Source: Cyanophora paradoxa CCMP329 (taxonomy: Eukaryota; Plantae; Glaucophyta). Taken from it: 35,878 nt of DNA. Numbering within the stretch: position 1 is the first letter of the stretch; the number at the start of each line of letters is the position of its first letter. The stretch covers positions 1-35,878 of the forward strand of contig QPMI01000488.1 in assembly GCA_004431415.1 (NCBI GenBank), in the 5' to 3' direction. Of this stretch, positions 31,060 through 35,878 are shown piece after piece. A program made the translations under genes and the position numbers. Under the pieces are notes generated by a model. The model saw nothing but the letters and a program-made list of their open reading frames with translations. It was not told where the DNA came from and did no database searches.

Positions 31060-31939
31060 AAGAAATCGATTTCGATTTTATTCAAGGCTATGCATTCGTC
31101 GAGGCGACAGGTAGGAATATCAAAAGGGATGTACATGTACAGGTAGAAGACTCGAGGATCGAGTCGAGGATCGATATCGCGAGCAGGGAGGGTGCACGTG
31201 GGGAGGGCCCGATCTAGAGGGACATGGGTGGATCCGGACCCTCTCGCTCAAAGGGGACCTCGATCCCGCACCTCGATCTCGGATCCGGAGCCCCGGCTGT
31301 TTCATGGTCCGAGCAGAGAAGAATCGCGGATTTCACAAGCAGGGGGGCAAGCCCCCCGCACCCCCCCATTTAATAATTCCAGCTGCAGTCTGAGTCTCTG
31401 TCTGTGCGTGAAATTAAACATGCATGAATTTGAAACGCGATACATACCCGTACTCGCAGTATCTCAGAAAAAATGCCAGATCTAGACTTCGAATTCAGGG
31501 CACTGCGCATGCGGTCTTTCTTTGTCTTCAAATTTAAATAGCCTCGCTACTTCGATTTCATCAGTAATAGGCGGGCGCCTCGAGCCTTAAGCTTCGAAAT
31601 ATTCGCTGCTTCCGCTAGCTATAGCCGAGCGCTGCGTTGGCTTCGCCTGCTGATGTGCTCCTTCAAGACAAGCGCCTATGCTAGCGCTAGCCACGTACGT
31701 GTGTACAGACGCTATCTATGCAGCAGGAGCAGTGCGTACACGGTTGCTGAGCCTCTCGGAGCGCAACGTTCATGACAGCTGCAGCTGCGCTTCTGCAGCC
31801 TGCCAGGCTGCGCATGTCGTATACGTAGTGCGGGCTGTAGCTGCGTTAACTTAAGCTTTTAAGCCTGCTTATAAAGCCTACATCAGCAGTATACGTACTA
31901 GTCCAGCGCTAGCTGCATGCAGACTGCAGTCACGGTGTG

Positions 31940-32040
31940 TTTCCGTTACTTTCCGTTACTAGTATCCGCCATTTTCCGTTACTTTCAAAAAAGTTCCGTT
32001 ATCCGCGGATAAGCCATGGCCACCACGTAGTTTCCGTTTG
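31940..32040 (+). repeat. Cluster of TTCCGTT(ACT) short repeats in host DNA
   Basis: Five copies of TTCCGTT within 100 bp, followed by AAATCTAGCGTTTTG twice (about 32061 and 32173). Possibly a transposon subterminal remnant. Confidence 0.5.
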
Positions 32041-35000
32041 CAAACGATGTCAAACTTGAAAAATCTAGCGTTTTGGGGAACGACGTCATTTTGGGTAACT
32101 ACGTTCGTCGATCGATATCCACGTACGCCGCGCCCGCGGACGAGTCGACGTCGACGTCGACATTAACTTAGTAAATCTAGCGTTTTGTGGAGATTTGAAT
32201 TCGCGAGTCGCGAGCTCGAGTCGCGACGTCGACTCGCCGTGGTCTGTGGTCCGCGGCCGATTCGAACTTAGTATGCCACCTAGGCCTGCAGGCTGCAGCT
32301 GGCATGCAGCTGCAGCAGCTAGTGGCTGCGGCAGCTGTCGGGGTGAGTCGGGTCTACGCCGATATCGATGTCGACACTCGACGTGTTCGCACATGAGGGT
32401 TCATATTGGGTGCGACAAAACGGGGAACTGAATCGAGACTGCAAGCTCAGCGGCCGTGTTAACCCGATTTTTTTCGAAAGTGTCCGCTTGCGTCTTAAGT
32501 AATAAGTTATAACTTAGTATTTCTGATTCATTTCAGAGAAGATCGCGGATTTCAGTAAACGGGTCGACGTCGAATTTCTGATTTTTACAGCTAGATCGAT
32601 CGCGATCGAGGGCGAGCCGGTCACTCGCGATCGAGCTCGAGCTCCGTTGCTTTCAAAAGTTTAGCGGGTGACTCCGCTGTTGCTAGTCCGGGAAGAGCAT
32701 TTTTTAAAATTAATATTCCCCCTCACTTTTCGTACGCTCATGCACGATCACTCCCTCCCTGCCGAAGTTTCGTCTACCCTCCTCTCACTTGTTCGTAACC
32801 CGGCCGCACGATGCAGGCGCGCCCCGCGCTCTCCCGCGCTCTTCAGCCACGCTGAATCGACTCCGCAGAACCAGTACACCCGCACCTCGACGACGGAGAG
32901 CTACGCTCGGCGGCCCGCCGATGTCGGTGCGCGCGCGCTTTCCGGGACGCGCTTAAGCTTCCCTCGTCGCGCGCTCAGATCGCGCTCAGCAGGCGGATAC
33001 GTCCGCGAGGCTCCGATCTACCAGCGGGCGCCCCACCACAGCAAGCTCGGATCTCTGTGCGCGAAAATTTCCTCGCCATCGATACGACATCGGCGCGCGC
33101 CGGCGCGCTATTTCCTCGCTACGAAAAGCGCTGCCTCAAAGCCTCAGCGTATAATATAATAAATGCGTTCGATTCACGTCTCTGCGCGCTCGCAATCGAT
33201 TTTCGCGGCGCCTGCGCAGGCGCGGAACGCTTGGAGCCGCGGTGGCACTGTCACGGGAGCCGTCGCGGGCCTCGCGGAGTGCGCATGCGCGCGCGCGCCG
33301 GAAAATTTCAAGAGGACGGAGAAGGCATGGCCAGGGTCGATTTCGCGGGCCTGCTCATGTTCAGCGCGTTTTCGCAGGGCAAAGGCCGGCTCAGACATGT
33401 ACAAAGAGCACGAGCGGACCGCGCGGGACAGGTCTACGGCTCCGGATACCAGACCGGCGCCCCGCGCTCTGAATACTACGCCCCGGCGTCTCCGGCCCGT
33501 ACCAACAACAGGGATCCTACCCGCGGGGCCCCAGCAGTCTACCTCCGCAGCAGCGGCAGCAGCAGCAGGGAGGTGCCTCCAGCCATCGCCCCGCGCGGCA
33601 AGATCAGATGCAGATCGAGAGCAGCCGCCCCCTGATCATGACCGCCCCGCAGGCTACTACGCGAGCTCGCAGTCCACCTCGAGCAGCCCGCTACGGCTAC
33701 GGTCCGCGCACGCTGCCCGGACCAGAGCTTGCGAATCTTAATATATATAATCGGCGCTTTTCCGGCCCCTGGCCTCCGCGTCTGCTAATCACGAGAGCGC
33801 GCGCAGGCGCAGGCTCGGGACGCCAGGCTACTAGAGAGCGGGGCCCGCCCGGGCGGAGCTCGAGCTCGAGAGGGAGCATGCGCAGTCTTTCGATCTCGGA
33901 GCTCAGTCTAGATATCGATCCGCGATGCCGCCCCGCCAGGCAGCTGCAGCGAATCACGCCGCGGCAGGGCCACGCGTAGCTCTAATCACGAGTAATAAAG
34001 TTGCGCGTGCATTCTTCGAATTCTTGAATTTTCAGCAAATTGAACAGCTGCCTATCTTCAGCTTGCCCAATGCACTGCGGCACGCCTAATTGCAAGCAGT
34101 ATTAGCAAAAGCAATTTGATTCGACCTACTGGATCATGAAAGAAAAGCGATCCTCTTGAATCAAATTTATCACAGATTGAAAAAAGTCTATTAGGTATAC
34201 AACGAAGGGCGGAGCTATGTATAGAGGGCGCCGCGGCCAGTCGCGGGGCACGAGGCCCCTGCGGCAGATGCCGCCGAGGCCCGGGCCGGCGCCGGTGCAC
34301 CCTGTAGACGTGGCCTCCGGCTCTGCCCGGGCCCGCGCCTGCACTGCACCAGGCCCCGCCCTCCTGCACACGGGGCCGACTCAGCTGAGAGCCAGCCCGC
34401 CGCTTCGGGCCGCTGGCGCACCGGAGGAGGACGGGGCGGCGCTCCTGGCCACGGGGAAGAAGGTGAGCGCCGCGCCGGCCACCGTGATCGCCATCGAGAA
34501 CGAGCGCGCTGCGCCCGCGCGCTCAGTCGAGGATCGGAGCGGGGAGATCGAACGCAGACTTCGAATTCGGGCACCAGGTGGGCGCGCTCGAGGAGGGGGT
34601 CTCGGCATGGCGACGAAGACGGACCAGTCGGCCGCCACGTCGCGGGCGCCAGCGGCGACGCCGCACCAGGTAGGGCGCCCGCCCAGCCGGCCACCCGCTC
34701 CCGTACACGGGCGGGCTCGCCCCGGCCCCGCTCACCAGCGGCCACGGCCGCTCGTCCAGCAGGCGCGGTACCCCCGCCACGACGACGCCACGTGCGGCGC
34801 GCCTGCGCGCACCGGCTTCCGGGTCAGTCTGAGAGGCGGCTGCGGCGCTGGCGGGCTTGGGCGCGGGCGCGCGCCTCGGAGGCTGCTTGCGGAGTTGTTG
34901 CTGAGTTGAAGATGTCCGACGCGAGCGGCGAGGCGCCGTGCAGACTGCGCGGCGCCCGCGATCCAGCGTTGGTTAGCACTAACATTAGGACGTGGACCCG

Positions 35001-35499
35001 CGGCCGCGGGCGCGGGAGGCACCTGCGGGCGATCATGTAGCCCGGGCGTCCACCAGCCATATCTCCGGCTGCGCGCGCGCCCCGTCGACTCGACCCAGGC
35101 GCGAGCTCGCGCATCGATTTCGGCCGGCGCCGGCGCCCACCCTTGCGGGTCGCGTGCCCTGGAGCTGCGACGAGAGCTCCGGCCACTGCCCCGAGGCCGG
35201 TCAGCTGCAGCGCTAGCCCCGACTGACCTCGACGCGGGCGCGGCCGGCGCACCAGCGGGTGGCGATGTACCAGATGGCCCGCACGAGCGTTCCGGTTGCG
35301 CGTCACGAGGCCGACCGCCGCGAGAGCGCCACCGCTCGAACGACATGTCCACAGCTGCGGACGGCGGGCGGGCGGGCCGGGCGCGTCGGCGTTCCGCCTC
35401 GAGAGGAGGCGGGGCGGGGCGCTCACGGCACGGCGACCGGGTGCGTGGGTCCGAGCGCGCACCTCCGCCGGCTCGCCACAGGAACCGCGCGATCGAAAC

Positions 35500-35878
35500 G
35501 CTCAGGGGTGGAACGGGGCGGGCGGAGCGGCGGGGCGGGCGGGCGGGGCGGGGCGGAGCGGGCGGGCGGGGCGGGCGGGGCGGGGCGGGCGGACGGTGCC
35601 GGTGAGACGGGCGCTTGAGGACGTCGTAGGCGAGCACACGCGCCGCCTGCGCCTCGTACCGCCTGCCGGCCCCCGCGAGGGCGAGGTTACGGAGGGCGAG
35701 GTGGAGCGGTCGCGGCTCGCATAGAGCGGCCTGAAGGAGCAGGGCGGGGCGGGGGTCGGGGACGGGGGGGCACGAGATCACCTGAGCGTCGAGGACGCGG
35801 TGGAGGGCGACGCGCGGGTTCGGGTCGTCGGGGGGCCACACCCAGCCCACCGACTGCAGCGCGAAGCTCGCGATCCCG
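35500..35878 (-). CDS. Host gene of unknown function, exons running in from the window end
   Basis: Minus strand ...WVWPPDDPNPRVALHRVLDAQ, a 51-bp C-rich GT-AG intron (35781-35731), ALCEPRPLHLALRNLAL...VLAYDVLKR, then a CCCG-repeat intron near 35500-35600. Confidence 0.4.

Noticed and set aside
32086-35500. Long overlapping ORFs in the right host flank (e.g. 33057-33635, 34217-34909, 34732-35850)
   Set aside because: Low-complexity translations with no recognisable domain. Real exons may exist but cannot be supported.
35515-35595. GGGC-rich tract as a telomere or functional G-quadruplex
   Set aside because: It matches the C-rich low-complexity style of host introns on the minus strand.

Overview
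A complete, apparently young endogenous Polinton-like virus (PLV/Maverick-type, 2290-30609, about 28.3 kb, AT-rich) is integrated into a GC-rich, intron-containing eukaryotic genome. It has about 1.16-kb terminal inverted repeats (TIRs) and a 6-bp target-site duplication (GCTACC). It splits an exon of a host HECT E3 ubiquitin ligase gene, whose reading frame is restored exactly when the element is removed. The element encodes protein-primed PolB, an RVE integrase, a prim-pol/D5 helicase, an A32 packaging ATPase, a probable double-jelly-roll major capsid protein, two penton-like proteins, a giant fibre ending in an S74 chaperone, a Zn-ribbon endonuclease and a RING-like protein. No adenain-type protease was recognised. 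Unexpected features: (1) a prokaryote-type S-adenosylmethionine decarboxylase gene, missed by the ORF track because of 1-bp indels; (2) a patatin-discoidin fusion; (3) a pPolB with a decayed proofreading domain; (4) TIRs built from stacked iteron-like modules, one of which recurs behind the helicase with its core flipped; (5) an inverted copy of the terminus about 280 bp inside each end; (6) a compositionally foreign fibre tip. Many 1-bp frameshifts occur in both viral and host genes and are probably long-read errors. All calls come from motif recognition by eye; no searches were run.
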